Below, piece after piece: positions 29,724 through 39,607 of a stretch of 64,000 nucleotides of DNA. The translations under genes were made by a program, and so were the position numbers. The stretch comes from an uncultured Clostridia bacterium (GTDB lineage: Bacteria; Bacillota; Clostridia; Christensenellales; UBA1242). Within the stretch, counting starts at the first letter, position 1. The number at the start of each line of letters is the position of its first letter. The notes below the pieces were generated by a model. The model was not told where the DNA came from, did not search any database, and saw only the letters and a program-made list of their open reading frames with translations. The DNA lies in the NCBI GenBank assembly GCA_948442695.1, contig CAOJSF010000003.1, positions 46,716-110,715 on the forward strand. Direction: 5' to 3'.

Positions 29724-29930
29724 TTAGTTTAAACCATATTTCTTGTTGAACTTTTCAACATTTCCGCTTGTATCAACAACCTTCTTCTTACCTGTGAAGA
29801 ATGGATGACACTTATTGCAAATATCAATGCTGAGGTTTTCACCTTTAGAGCAAGACTTTGTCTTAAAGGTATTTCCGCAAGCACAAACGACATTTACTTC
29901 ATGGTAGTCAGGATGAATTTCCTTTTGCAT
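29724..29930 (-). CDS. rpmE: 50S ribosomal protein L31
   Basis: MQKEIHPDY...CACGN...[10 protein letters not shown]. Confidence 0.9.
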   Translation of the reverse strand: MQKEIHPDYHEVNVVCACGNTFKTKSCSKGENLSIDICNKCHPFFTGKKKVVDTSGNVEKFNKKYGLN

Positions 29931-29984
29931 AACAACCTCCGTTTAAAATTTTTTTATATTCATAACTGCCAAAGGCAATTTAAA

Positions 29985-30245
29985 TTAGTCTCCTACATAA
30001 GGTAAAAGTGCAACATTTCTTGCTCTTTTAATAGCAGTGCAAAGTTCTCTTTGATGGAAAGAGCAAACACCAGTTTGGCGTCTAGGTAAGATTTTGCCTT
30101 TTTCAGTGATATATTTTCTGATTTTAGCAACATCTTTATAATCAATAGCCTTTTCTCCGGCTACGCAAAATGCACAAACTTTTTTCTTAGAAGGTCTGCG
30201 AAATTTCTTAACAAAAACCTTCTCTTCTGATTTCATTTCAGCCAT
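29985..30245 (-). CDS. rpsR: 30S ribosomal protein S18
   Basis: CAFC...[34 protein letters not shown]. Confidence 0.95.
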   Translation of the reverse strand: MAEMKSEEKVFVKKFRRPSKKKVCAFCVAGEKAIDYKDVAKIRKYITEKGKILPRRQTGVCSFHQRELCTAIKRARNVALLPYVGD

Positions 30246-30261
30246 AATTATCTCCTTTTAA

Positions 30262-30672
30262 TTAAAATGGTAAACTGTCGTCATCATCGATAGGTTCAAG
30301 TTCAGCAGAGCCATTGCCAGCAGTCTTTGGCATATCACCGTTTGAATCAGAATTTTTAGAATTTAAAAATTCAACATCACTTGCAGTGATTTCAGTTGAA
30401 TAACGCTTTGTTCCGTCCTGTGCTTCATAAGAAACATTTTGGATTCTTCCAACAACGCAGCATTTTGAGCCTTTCTTTAAAAATCTATGACAGTTGTCTG
30501 CAAGGCCTCTCCAAACGACGATATTGAAAAAGTCTGCTTGAGGACCATTGTCAGTTGTGCTTGCAAAATTTCTTTGAACAGCCAAAGTAAATCTGCACAC
30601 AGAAACACCACTGTTTGTGGTATTAAGTTCTGGGTCTTTAGTCAAATTCCCGATTAAAATTATCTTATTCAT
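30262..30672 (-). CDS. ssb: single-stranded DNA-binding protein
   Basis: MNKIILIGNLTKDPEL, an OB fold, and the acidic tip DDDDSLPF. Confidence 0.95.
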   Translation of the reverse strand: MNKIILIGNLTKDPELNTTNSGVSVCRFTLAVQRNFASTTDNGPQADFFNIVVWRGLADNCHRFLKKGSKCCVVGRIQNVSYEAQDGTKRYSTEITASDVEFLNSKNSDSNGDMPKTAGNGSAELEPIDDDDSLPF

Positions 30673-30719
30673 TTTTCACTCCTTTTTTGTAGCCACAATG
30701 CCACAAGGCAATTCATCAA

Positions 30720-31001
30720 TTATTTTCTTACAAACATTTGACGAACAACGCCTTCAGTAATGTTCATGAGTTTTGCCATAGCGTCAACTTCGTTTGGATC
30801 AAATGTCATGTTCATAAGAACATAAAATCCTTCATTTCTGAAGTTGATAGGATAAGCAAGTTTTCTCATTCCCCATTTATCAATTCCTTCAACAACGCCA
30901 CCTTTTGCTTCAACATAAGAAGCAAATTTAGAGATTAATTCCTCTCTTTTTTCTTCGGCAACATCAGATGAAATGATATAAAGAAGTTCATACTTATTCA
31001 T
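30720..31001 (-). CDS. rpsF: 30S ribosomal protein S6
   Basis: MNKYELLYIISSDV...KWGMRKLAYPI. The likely start is the ATG at 31001, preceded by AAGGAGG. The track start is upstream. Confidence 0.9.
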   Translation of the reverse strand: MNKYELLYIISSDVAEEKREELISKFASYVEAKGGVVEGIDKWGMRKLAYPINFRNEGFYVLMNMTFDPNEVDAMAKLMNITEGVVRQMFVRK

Positions 31002-31482
31002 ACTTTTTACCTCCTTTTGGACAAAATGGTCTTTTTCTAAAAAGTTCAATTTTGATAATTTCAACAAAAACAAAGTCTCTGTCAACATTTTCAAATATTG
31101 CACACTTTAAAAAAGACAAGGATGGTGTCTAAATAAATTTGCAAATGACCAAAATTTTTCAGTTTCAATAAAACCTCAAAACCCTCTCGCCATTCTGCAT
31201 TAAAAAACACCCTGCTTGAGAAGGACATATTGCCTTGTCCAACCCATGCAAGGTGTATTATATAATCTTTTAATCATTTTGTCAAGCATTTAAACCAACA
31301 AAGAATTTATATTTTATTGATTTGATGCCTATATTAATGACCAACTTTAAATTTGAATTATGTTTTATTATTTTTTAAGTTTTGTCACTTTGCATTCCTT
31401 CCTCATCAACAATTTTTTAAAATTGTTTACATTTCTCTATCATCTTCCTGTTCTTGACAACTTATATTTTCCCTGATATCTT

Positions 31483-32343
31483 TCAACATATTCTGCTCGA
31501 TTGCATTCTTATTTTCTTTGCTGATTTTATTAAACATTTTTTTATAATTTTTTTACCATAACCATACAATCTTCCTTCCTCTTTATTTTTATGGTCATTT
31601 TGCATTAAATTTAAAAGCAATGTATCAATATATTTATCTTGAATATTATTTTTAATCACATTTTCAGTTGCCTTCATTTCGCAATCTTTCATTATCTCGA
31701 TAGCCTTTGAAAAATAATTTCTATCTTCGGCATAAAGTTTGTTTACTTCATGCCTTGCCATAGCCTTATTCATGTCTTTATCAACTGCTTTATCGCCTTT
31801 TTCAATCTTCTCTTTCAGTTTTGAAATTGTTTTTTTGCTCTTGCAAGTTTATTTTCAAGACTTGCTTTTTCTTTTTTCCACTCAGCAACCCTTCTCTCTG
31901 CCTTATATGAATCTTCTGCATAAGAAAATATTCTACATTCATCGCTATAAGAACAAATGAAATCTTTATAAGAGGAGTCAAACTTACTGTCATCATGCCA
32001 GTATCCACCAAAATCAAAAATAAGATCTCCCCCCCCCGCCAACCAGACTGCTAATTTCATTAAATCCATAAGCCGAACATAATAATTGAAACTTTTTATT
32101 TTCTTCTATATATGTTGGGTCATTTGCAAGCAATTTAAAGGCCTCTTGTTTTAAAAAGTTGTTTACAAGCATTTCTTTGTGTAAAATAACTTTTCTCATG
32201 TGAAAATATTCGTCTATTTCTTCGAGAACAGCAAAATCAATCTTTCCATCAAACTTCAAATCTTTTGAGATAACTTCATGATTAACAGGTCTTTCTATAA
32301 TTGTATAATCTTTAAAAAAAACTTTCAACAACATTTCTCGCAA
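31483..32343 (-). pseudogene. hypothetical gene split into three ORFs by a G9 tract and an A7 tract
   Basis: ORFs 32014..32343, 31815..32069 and 31483..31773 join into one frame of about 286 aa if the coding-strand G9 (32029-32037) becomes G8 and the A7 (31830-31836) becomes A8. Confidence 0.5.
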
Positions 32344-32620
32344 CTTATGCGTCCTGTTTTAATTTATTTATATCATTTTTATTTTCCATGTTCCCCTCCA
32401 CTTAAAATAGTTTATACTCTAATTATATATGGAGGGGAGATTGTCAAGTCTTTTTTTTACTAGATAATTTTTAATTATTCTTAAGTATGATTTTCACCTT
32501 AAAAAAAGATATCATTTATTCACATGGCAAATGATATCTTTAAAATTTTGTCTATATTATAAACACCCAAACAAAGTCAACAAATTGATATAGTTTGAAA
32601 TATTTTTTCAAGTCCACAGT

Positions 32621-34474
32621 CTATCTATTTTGAATTTTGTTTTCAATTATGATAAGAGGCACAAACATCTCTTCTGTGAGCGAACCGTGGTGACCTTTAA
32701 ATCTGTTTGAATCTTCGTGCTTTATAAAGTGTTTGTGACTTTTGCAAATTGCGATATAGTCACCCAGAAGTTCTCTTTCACCCTCAATGGACGGGTCTCC
32801 AAAATAACCTTTGCCAATGAGTTCCCCGCTTTTATGAAGTTGAAAATCTTCACCATAATTCTTTATAAACAGTTCTTTAAACTCCTCTTCACAACCCTCT
32901 TTGACCTTGAATGCGGTTGCCCTAGACTCAAGATAAGGAGGACATTTAAGAAGCGAATACAACTTTTCATCCTTATATATATCTATATAATCATCAATTT
33001 CAACCTGACCATGGTCGGCGGTGATGATAAAGAGTGTTTCCTTGCAAATTTTTGACAACTTTTCAATTTGCCTGTTTATATGATTTATGAGATTTTTTGC
33101 TTCTTTTGATGAAACCCCATTGTCATGCATGGTGGCATCTGGCTCTGGGCAATAACAATAAACAAATTGCCTGCCCTCTTCTTTGCAAATTGCTTCAATT
33201 TCCCTAAAATAATCATCAATTTGAGAGCAAATATGCCTGTTCTTTTCTATTCCATCATGCCAGTAAGCAGGGACAACATTGCTGATTTTATAATCTGTTT
33301 TTGCGTCTTTATAGAATGGAATAATGGGCAATCTTTTTGCCATAAAGCCGTCCTCAATCGGTTCACCCGTCTCTGAATCTTTTGAGAGATAAACATCGAC
33401 ATTTTTGCCCAACTCTTCAAAATTTATCGACCAGCCAAACATTCCATGCTCAAGTGGAAAACTGTTTGCAAGAAGTGTTGTTGCGTTTGTTGTCGTCGCA
33501 GGAAAGACAGAGGTGAGTTCTGCCTCAACACTTTTTCTTAAAATGGATGATTTATCTAAATTGATTTCCAAAGGATTTTTGCCCAGTCCGTCAAAGATAA
33601 TAAACACCACATTCTTATAATTCTTTTTCAATGTCTCATCCAAAACTTTCAATGTCTTGTTTTTATTGTCGCAATTTAAGAATGTTGCAAGTGAGGCAGA
33701 AACATTTATTATATTATTATTAAAATCTGGCTTTGTAAACTTGACTGAATCTGCCAAATTTATCTCTTTCCTCTCCTGCTCTGTCATATTTTCCTTCAAT
33801 GATGACTCATCATTTGATTCAGTGTGTTCTATCTTTAATGGGTCAGATTTTTCTATCTTTCCCTTTTTAGATTTTTTCTCTTTCTTGCTTCCATTTTCTT
33901 TCCCTTTTCTTTGAATATGAAAAAGACTTATAAACTTACCCAAAATCAAGATGATTCTTTCGCTGTGAAGCATAGAATATTTTTTGCAATATGCTTTGCC
34001 AAAGATTGTAAGTCCGGCAATGATTGCAGAAACAGCAGAAGCAATCATGACCTCCCAAAATGACCCCGCATAACGGACAATTAAAACCACAGTAATCGAA
34101 GTTCCTGCAGCACCCGACAAAATGCCACAAATATCACCTATCACGTCAGCAGAAACACTTGCAACCTTCTCTCTGTTGTCGATAAGACTTATTGACTCTT
34201 TTGCACCTCTTATCTTTCTTGAAGCCATTGCCCGAAAAGGCTCGTATGATGCCGAGGTAATCGCAACCCCCACCATATCGGCAATGATAGATATTCCGAT
34301 AAAAAACAAAATGACCACCACACTTATCGCAATGCCAGCACCAGTGAGTGCCACCTGACTTATCACGCCAAAGATAAATGAAAGACAAATTGACAGTGCA
34401 AGAACGATGAGAGGCCACCTCCACCAAATTGCGAATTTTGAGGGCTTTGTCTTTTTACCCTTTTTGTTTTCCAT
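32621..34474 (-). CDS. membrane-anchored alkaline-phosphatase-superfamily (phosphodiesterase/nucleotide pyrophosphatase-like) protein
   Basis: The N-terminal roughly 190 aa are polytopic. The C-terminal part has FIIFDGLG, SVFPATTTNATT, ITADHGQ and GHHGSLTEEM. Confidence 0.7.
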   Translation of the reverse strand: MENKKGKKTKPSKFAIWWRWPLIVLALSICLSFIFGVISQVALTGAGIAISVVVILFFIGISIIADMVGVAITSASYEPFRAMASRKIRGAKESISLIDNREKVASVSADVIGDICGILSGAAGTSITVVLIVRYAGSFWEVMIASAVSAIIAGLTIFGKAYCKKYSMLHSERIILILGKFISLFHIQRKGKENGSKKEKKSKKGKIEKSDPLKIEHTESNDESSLKENMTEQERKEINLADSVKFTKPDFNNNIINVSASLATFLNCDNKNKTLKVLDETLKKNYKNVVFIIFDGLGKNPLEINLDKSSILRKSVEAELTSVFPATTTNATTLLANSFPLEHGMFGWSINFEELGKNVDVYLSKDSETGEPIEDGFMAKRLPIIPFYKDAKTDYKISNVVPAYWHDGIEKNRHICSQIDDYFREIEAICKEEGRQFVYCYCPEPDATMHDNGVSSKEAKNLINHINRQIEKLSKICKETLFIITADHGQVEIDDYIDIYKDEKLYSLLKCPPYLESRATAFKVKEGCEEEFKELFIKNYGEDFQLHKSGELIGKGYFGDPSIEGERELLGDYIAICKSHKHFIKHEDSNRFKGHHGSLTEEMFVPLIIIENKIQNR

Positions 34475-34705
34475 AATAAAAAAAACTCCTTTGAATTATT
34501 ATATCATAAATAAATAAAAATAAAAAATCATTTTTAATTATTTTATTCGTCCCCTTTTCAATAATTATTATGAAAATTTATTAATTTTGTTAAAATTTTT
34601 GTTTTTTATTTATTTTTTTGCCTTTTTTTCATTATTTTTACTGAATTTTTTGATAATTCTTAATTATTTTTAATGAATTGTTTTTTATTTTTTGATATTT
34701 TAATT

Positions 34706-34765
34706 AATTTATTTATTTTACTTATTTAATTTATTTATTTTACTTATTTAATTTATTTATTTTTT
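34706..34765. repeat. 22-bp AT-only tandem repeat, about 2.7 copies
   Basis: AATTTATTTATTTTACTTATTT occurs at 34706-34727 and 34728-34749, with a partial third copy. It lies between the ncRNA terminator and the phosphatase-like gene. Confidence 0.8.
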
Positions 34766-34771
34766 ATAAAC

Positions 34772-35363
34772 AAAAAAAGGCATAACAATGTTATACCCCT
34801 TTGAGAAGGCAATCTATTGAGTAAACCTTGCGCCATAGGTTCGGTCGGATTTCCCATTCTCACACTCATCGTCACCGAATAAGCAGTTTCCTTTTAAGCA
34901 AGACATAACACCGAATCGCCACTTAGGTCGCACTATAATCCTCAATCTATCTGCAAAAATGCAACAGTCTAGAAGTTTTCCTTGACAGGCAGATGACTTA
35001 TTAGCCTTTTTTGCAAGTGAAATTTCAATGACAATGACACAAAATGCAAAGCGCTTTACATTTGACATCATTTCCGCCATATCCCGTGTCACTCACTCAA
35101 AGCAGGCTACACTGCACACAACTTTTATCGCAATGCAGGTTCTTCCTAGCAAGTAGATGATTTGACACCCACCTAAACTAGGTCTCCACGAAAAATGGGT
35201 CGCTCGCTGTATGCCATTACAGCACGCCCAAATTTCTTAACTTCCAGCACCAACCCCAGTTTGGGCAACCAAAGCCAGCACCAGAAACTTCACAGATATG
35301 CCCTTCGACGCTATTACTTCGCCCTCCTAAGTCACCATTCTGACTAGAATACTGCACCTTCTA
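34772..35363 (-). ncRNA. candidate large structured ncRNA (about 590 nt), family unassigned
   Basis: An extended -10 (TGgTATAAT, TATAAT at 35376-35371) lies upstream. The terminator is GGUAUAAC-AUU-GUUAUGCC plus U7 (34797-34772). The interior is visibly GC-richer than its flanks. It contains several clean local hairpins, for example GCTGTA-ATGGCA-TACAGC and GCAAAG-CG-CTTTGC. The only ORF, of 92 aa, has a composition atypical for this genome. Confidence 0.6.
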
Positions 35364-35390
35364 TAGTTATATTATACCATAAACATAATA

Positions 35391-35422
35391 AAAATGCAAG
35401 CAACTAAATTTTCTTGCATTTT
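35391..35422. terminator. 10-bp perfect inverted repeat flanked by A/T runs
   Basis: AAAATGCAAG at 35391-35400 pairs with CTTGCATTTT at 35413-35422. Confidence 0.5.
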
Positions 35423-35432
35423 TAAGGGTATG

Positions 35433-35575
35433 TTTGACTTTATTCATAAAAATTAAAACAGAAATTGAATTGACCGATTTTCATGAAAATTAAAACAGAA
35501 AATATTTGACCTCTTTTCATAAAAAACAAATCAGAAAATATTTGACTTTGTTTATGAAAACAAAACCATGTTTTT
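35433..35575. repeat. four tandem copies of a 36-bp unit
   Basis: Units start at 35433, 35469/70, 35505 and 35541. The consensus is TTTGAC-N8-TTCATAAAA-(TT)AAAACAGAAAATA. Nothing unique separates the copies. Confidence 0.8.
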
Positions 35576-35704
35576 CTCAATCAGACTCTTTTCGTTTAAA
35601 TAAAGATATCATTTTTAAATCTTTCAAATTAAATTTCAACTTTTTTATTTGTGCTTTTTTAAATCTACTAAACTTTTGACTTGACCCAACTCCATTATAT
35701 ACTA

Positions 35705-37045
35705 TCATTCTTCAATTTTTTGAATTTGATAGATAGTTTTGCTGTTTTCTCCTATCTTCACTTTGTCAGAAATCTCAATGCCGGCAACAACCAAAATTTC
35801 GCTGTCAGAGGCAAGCACAGGAATGAAGTCACGAAGTCTTGCAGGGATTTTTTTGTCAATCAAAAAACTTTTAAGTTTCTTTCTTCCTCCGCCAAACTTA
35901 CAAAACTCATCACCCTCTTGTCTAAAACGCCAGACAGCATTTTTTGGCAGAAGCGAGCCATCAATATATAGGCAATCATTTTGAAAATCTTTTATATCTT
36001 CCCTCTTGACTTTTTTGACTAACAATCTCCCCCAGCCCTCAACTTCAAATTCGCCCGACTTAAAAGCCCGATGAAAATCCTCAGTTTTTGTCTGCTTTCG
36101 ATGAATTGCGATATAGTCATATTCTTTGACAGCAACAATTCCAAAAGGCAAACTAAGTTTGTTGCCATTGTCTCCATTTAAGGCAAGTTTGCTGATAAGG
36201 GCAATGTGCCTCCTTTCAATGTCTTTGTTCACACCCAAAAGATTCATAGCCTTGAAAATAATTCTCGCCAAAATTGACTGACTATAGACAAAATATGATG
36301 TAGGAATTTTTGCTAATTTGCCATCAAAAATCAGAGCATCTTGATAAATCTGACTGTTTATATATTCATCATCCTGACTTGCCGATTTGCCAAAATTGAC
36401 AATGGAATTTATTGCACCAGGCCACCTTGCGACAATATCTTTCATAATCACATTTCTCAGATAATTGCGACTATAAGAGTTGTCGGCATTTGTATGGTCT
36501 TCAACATTCTTCAACCTATTCTTTTTGAGATAACCTATAATCTCCTCTTTTGAGGTGTCAAGCATAGGCCTGACATAACATCCAGAGACAGCATCCATAC
36601 CCTTTGCCCCTGCAAGTCCAGAACCCCTGAAGATGTGCATAAGAATTGTCTCTGCCTGATCATTTTTATGATGAGCAAGAGCGACTTTGTTGACAACGCC
36701 ACGACTTACAAGTGCGTCAAAAACTTTGTATCTGGCATCTCTTGCCTCAGTTTCAAGACTCTGCCCATTTTCTTTGGCAAGTTTTGGCACATCAACGCTA
36801 AACTGATAAAAATTAAGCCCCAGACTCTCAGCAAATTCTTTTACAAAGCCACAATCATCTCCACTGTTTTCTCTTATTTTGTGGTCAATATGAATCACCG
36901 AAACTTCAATCCCAAACTTCTTTTGATTTTGCGCCAAAAAATGAAGGAGAGCAATCGAATCACTTCCGCCACTGCATCCAACACCAACCTTGTCACCTTT
37001 TTCAAAAAGATTATTGCAAAAAATAAATTGCTCGCATGATTTCAC
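35705..37045 (-). CDS. tilS: tRNA(Ile)-lysidine synthase
   Basis: A PP-loop (VGCSGGSDSIALLHFL) and a length of 446 aa. Confidence 0.9.
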   Translation of the reverse strand: MKSCEQFIFCNNLFEKGDKVGVGCSGGSDSIALLHFLAQNQKKFGIEVSVIHIDHKIRENSGDDCGFVKEFAESLGLNFYQFSVDVPKLAKENGQSLETEARDARYKVFDALVSRGVVNKVALAHHKNDQAETILMHIFRGSGLAGAKGMDAVSGCYVRPMLDTSKEEIIGYLKKNRLKNVEDHTNADNSYSRNYLRNVIMKDIVARWPGAINSIVNFGKSASQDDEYINSQIYQDALIFDGKLAKIPTSYFVYSQSILARIIFKAMNLLGVNKDIERRHIALISKLALNGDNGNKLSLPFGIVAVKEYDYIAIHRKQTKTEDFHRAFKSGEFEVEGWGRLLVKKVKREDIKDFQNDCLYIDGSLLPKNAVWRFRQEGDEFCKFGGGRKKLKSFLIDKKIPARLRDFIPVLASDSEILVVAGIEISDKVKIGENSKTIYQIQKIEE

Positions 37046-37349
37046 GCAAAAAACCTCACATTTTGTTTAATTTAAATCAATTATACAGCATTTTTCCACA
37101 TCATTCAACTTTTATCATCAATAAATTTTGTTTAATATAAAGAATTTTGTCATAATTTATCTAAATAAGCAGACTTTTTTTATATTCTTCAAAAATTTTA
37201 AAATTATATATCTCTTAATTTGCAATCTTTCAAGTTTTGCTACATCTTCATAATATTACATCACTTACAAGAAAACACTCGCTTCGCTCTTGTTATTCTT
37301 GCGTCCCTAAAAAAAGCAGACCATATCAGCCTGCTTAAATCAAATATAT

Positions 37350-37796
37350 TTACATTTCTCCTTCATAGTCATTGACTTCGCTATCGGTTTCACAATTCTC
37401 TTCGTCAAACTCTTCATACTCACGATATTCCTTGCACCCAGTCTTGTTCAACTCTTCGATATCCGCTTTGATCTCATTGCAAAGTTTTATTTTTGAAGAA
37501 TCTAATTTGTCAAGTTCGTTTTGAACAACCAAAGCAGTCCCCCAAACTATTGCACCAGAGCCAGGGATATAAGGACCACCAAAAAAGCCCCTGTTTGATG
37601 TAATTCCCACTATTTCTGTCACAACGCCACCGATTAAGAAAAATGCCTTCTTTCCATATTTTGTCAAAGCATACATAAAGTTTAACAGCAATCTTTGCTT
37701 TGTCTTAAGAAGCGGTAATTTTATCTTAGCCTCAATTTTTTCATTATATTTATCCATGCTTTCCTTCCTAAAGTCAATCAAGTCGCACTCATTCAA
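37350..37796 (-). CDS. hypothetical protein with a Gly-rich hydrophobic core and an acidic tail
   Basis: A 148-aa ORF containing FFLIGGVVTEIVGITSNRGFFGGPYIPGSGAIVWGTALVV. Confidence 0.5.
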   Translation of the reverse strand: MNECDLIDFRKESMDKYNEKIEAKIKLPLLKTKQRLLLNFMYALTKYGKKAFFLIGGVVTEIVGITSNRGFFGGPYIPGSGAIVWGTALVVQNELDKLDSSKIKLCNEIKADIEELNKTGCKEYREYEEFDEENCETDSEVNDYEGEM

Positions 37797-37868
37797 TCAC
37801 AAGATTTTTCACCAAAATAAGTTTTATAAAAAATCATATCAAAAAATGATTGAAATTATTTTTTTGTA

Positions 37869-38042
37869 TTAGTCATCATCAAAAATTGTATGAGACATCA
37901 AAACGCTTCTGCTGAACAGTTTTAAACTTTCAAGCACTCTAATACATTCAATTTCTTTTTTCTTAAGCACAAGACTAATTGCCTCTTCAATGTACCTATT
38001 TATCATATCATATTCTGAACTTAGTTTGTTTTTCTCTTTCAT
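37869..38042 (-). CDS. small hypothetical protein (57 aa)
   Basis: It falls below the track's size cutoff. An RBS (AAGGGAG) precedes the ATG at 38042. The sequence begins MKEKNKLSSEYDMINRYIEEAISLVLKKKEIECIRVLESLK. Confidence 0.35.
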   Translation of the reverse strand: MKEKNKLSSEYDMINRYIEEAISLVLKKKEIECIRVLESLKLFSRSVLMSHTIFDDD

Positions 38043-38451
38043 ATTAACTCCCTTTGTAATTATCTCCTAAATATAAGCCTTTTAATACTGAAAAATCATT
38101 TTGCTCTATTGTCATGGCAAAACCAAAAAAAACCAAAACAATAAAATAAAGTTAAAAACACTTATTCATTTGTAAATATTTTTTTAAGTCATTTAAAACC
38201 TAAAAAACCATCCATAGACAATTTATGAATATTTTATCTGATAGTATACAAATTTTTTTTATAATGATGATTCACTTTCATCAATTTTTGCAAATTTTTA
38301 AAAATACATAATATATTTTTTGTTTACATTTATAATTATAATCGCCGACTTCACGCCTTTTAAAAGTTTTAATCATAAAATCGGCACCTATTTTACGCTT
38401 AATTAATAGTTTACAAAATTTCAACATTATCTGTTTTGTTTTTATAAATTA

Positions 38452-38973
38452 TTAAAGTTCAAGACCGCCTTCATCATACATTTCATCTTCAAACTCAAAA
38501 TCTTTGATATAATTCTTTCTTGCTTCAAGTCTTTCAATAGTATATTCTGCTATTTTATTATCATTTTCAATAGTCGACAAAACAAATTGAGGATTGATAT
38601 TCTCATGCAAAATTTGATTTACATTTGCATCAATCAATGTAATAGTTTGTGAATATCTATCAATATCTCTTTCAATAGACTTCAAAAAGAAAGCATAATC
38701 CTTGCGCGCTATCACACTTTTCATATTTTTTAGACTGATTTTTTGATTTTGATCAAGAAGTTTTGAAAATTCTGCTTTTATTTCCAACAATGCCTTAATT
38801 TCATAAGAATTGTCTACAACAGGCTCTCCTTGATAAACTTGTTTCAAATCAGCCAAAATGCCCTTTCTTTTATTAAAGTTTTCAATAATAGGGTTCAACA
38901 CACTATTGACTTTTTCGGAAAGTGATTCTTTATCAGAATATTCTTCACCTAAAAATTTATAAATATGTGACAT
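38452..38973 (-). CDS. paralog A of an unassigned ~170-aa family
   Basis: It probably starts at the ATG at 38973 (MSHIYKFLGEEY) with RBS GAGGTG. It shares the N-terminal Y.F.g.EY...L..eV motif, the central SIERD motif and the C-terminal pattern with B and C. Confidence 0.65.
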   Translation of the reverse strand: MSHIYKFLGEEYSDKESLSEKVNSVLNPIIENFNKRKGILADLKQVYQGEPVVDNSYEIKALLEIKAEFSKLLDQNQKISLKNMKSVIARKDYAFFLKSIERDIDRYSQTITLIDANVNQILHENINPQFVLSTIENDNKIAEYTIERLEARKNYIKDFEFEDEMYDEGGLEL

Positions 38974-39083
38974 AGTTTTCACCTCTAAATTTATTTTACC
39001 ACATATTAAGTGGTGTTGAACGACTTTTTTCATTTCAAAAAAGTCGTTTTTTCTGTTTTAATTTGCAATTAAAATAACCTTAA

Positions 39084-39587
39084 TTACATAGATATTTCGC
39101 TTTCATCTATCTTTGCAAAATCTTCAACAAACTTTTTTTCAACAGCAAATCGATCGAGATTGCAGTCAATGATTATGACATCATTTTCTGCAGCCTTTTC
39201 AACCATTCTTCTATCAAGTTTAAAATTTGAGGCTTCATAATATTGTTCGGTAAAATAGCCAAACAAAGATTCTTGCGATTCAATATCTAAAGCAATCAAA
39301 TTCAAAATTTCTGCTACGTCATTTTGACTAATCTTTTCTTTAAGAATATTCAACCTTTTATTTGCAAAATATCTTTCATCTGCAATTTTTCGATCATATC
39401 TTTCGTTGACCATTTCTATAATGGCATCTTTGGTGTTTAAAGTGCCTTTGTATTCATCTTTAAACTTAATGATTCTCTTTTTTACATTTTCAAGTTGTTT
39501 GATTTCAAAATTTATCTTTGCAAGAACTTCCTCTACTAAAGACTCTTTGTCATATTCTTTTTTAAAAAATTTATATTTTCTTTCCAT
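39084..39587 (-). CDS. paralog B of the same family
   Basis: It begins MERKYKFFKKEYDKESLVEEV and is colinear with A and C. Confidence 0.65.
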   Translation of the reverse strand: MERKYKFFKKEYDKESLVEEVLAKINFEIKQLENVKKRIIKFKDEYKGTLNTKDAIIEMVNERYDRKIADERYFANKRLNILKEKISQNDVAEILNLIALDIESQESLFGYFTEQYYEASNFKLDRRMVEKAAENDVIIIDCNLDRFAVEKKFVEDFAKIDESEISM

Positions 39588-39607
39588 GATTCACCTCTAT
39601 GTGGCTT

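Noticed and set aside
31202-31255. Stem-loop upstream of rpsF as an SRP RNA or independent sRNA
   Set aside because: An AAGCAGG segment vaguely resembles SRP domain IV, but there is no GNRA apical loop and no conserved 5' strand. A hairpin followed by U6 is best read as a terminator or attenuator after the upstream gene.
31483-32343. Homopolymer frameshifts as pure sequencing error
   Set aside because: This cannot be excluded without reads. However, the 14.5-kb ORF and all housekeeping genes, which contain many A/T runs, are unbroken. Systematic homopolymer error therefore seems unlikely, and I report these as real but flag them for read-level checking.
34814-35092. 92-aa ORF inside the GC-rich locus as a real protein
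   Set aside because: It starts at a GTG with no RBS. Its Cys/Arg/Gly-rich composition is unlike every other protein here. It is more simply a by-product of GC-rich structured RNA sequence.
34772-35363. RNase P RNA, tmRNA, or an ORF-less group II intron
   Set aside because: There is no GAGGAAAGUCC-type CR-I. There is no GGGG...CCA tRNA-like end and no tag ORF. The 5' GUGCA is only a partial GUGYG match, and I found no domain V-like 34-nt hairpin with an AGC triad near the 3' end. The length also does not fit RNase P or tmRNA.
35433-35575. CRISPR array
   Set aside because: The repeats are directly adjacent and degenerate, with no unique spacers, and there are no cas genes in the window.
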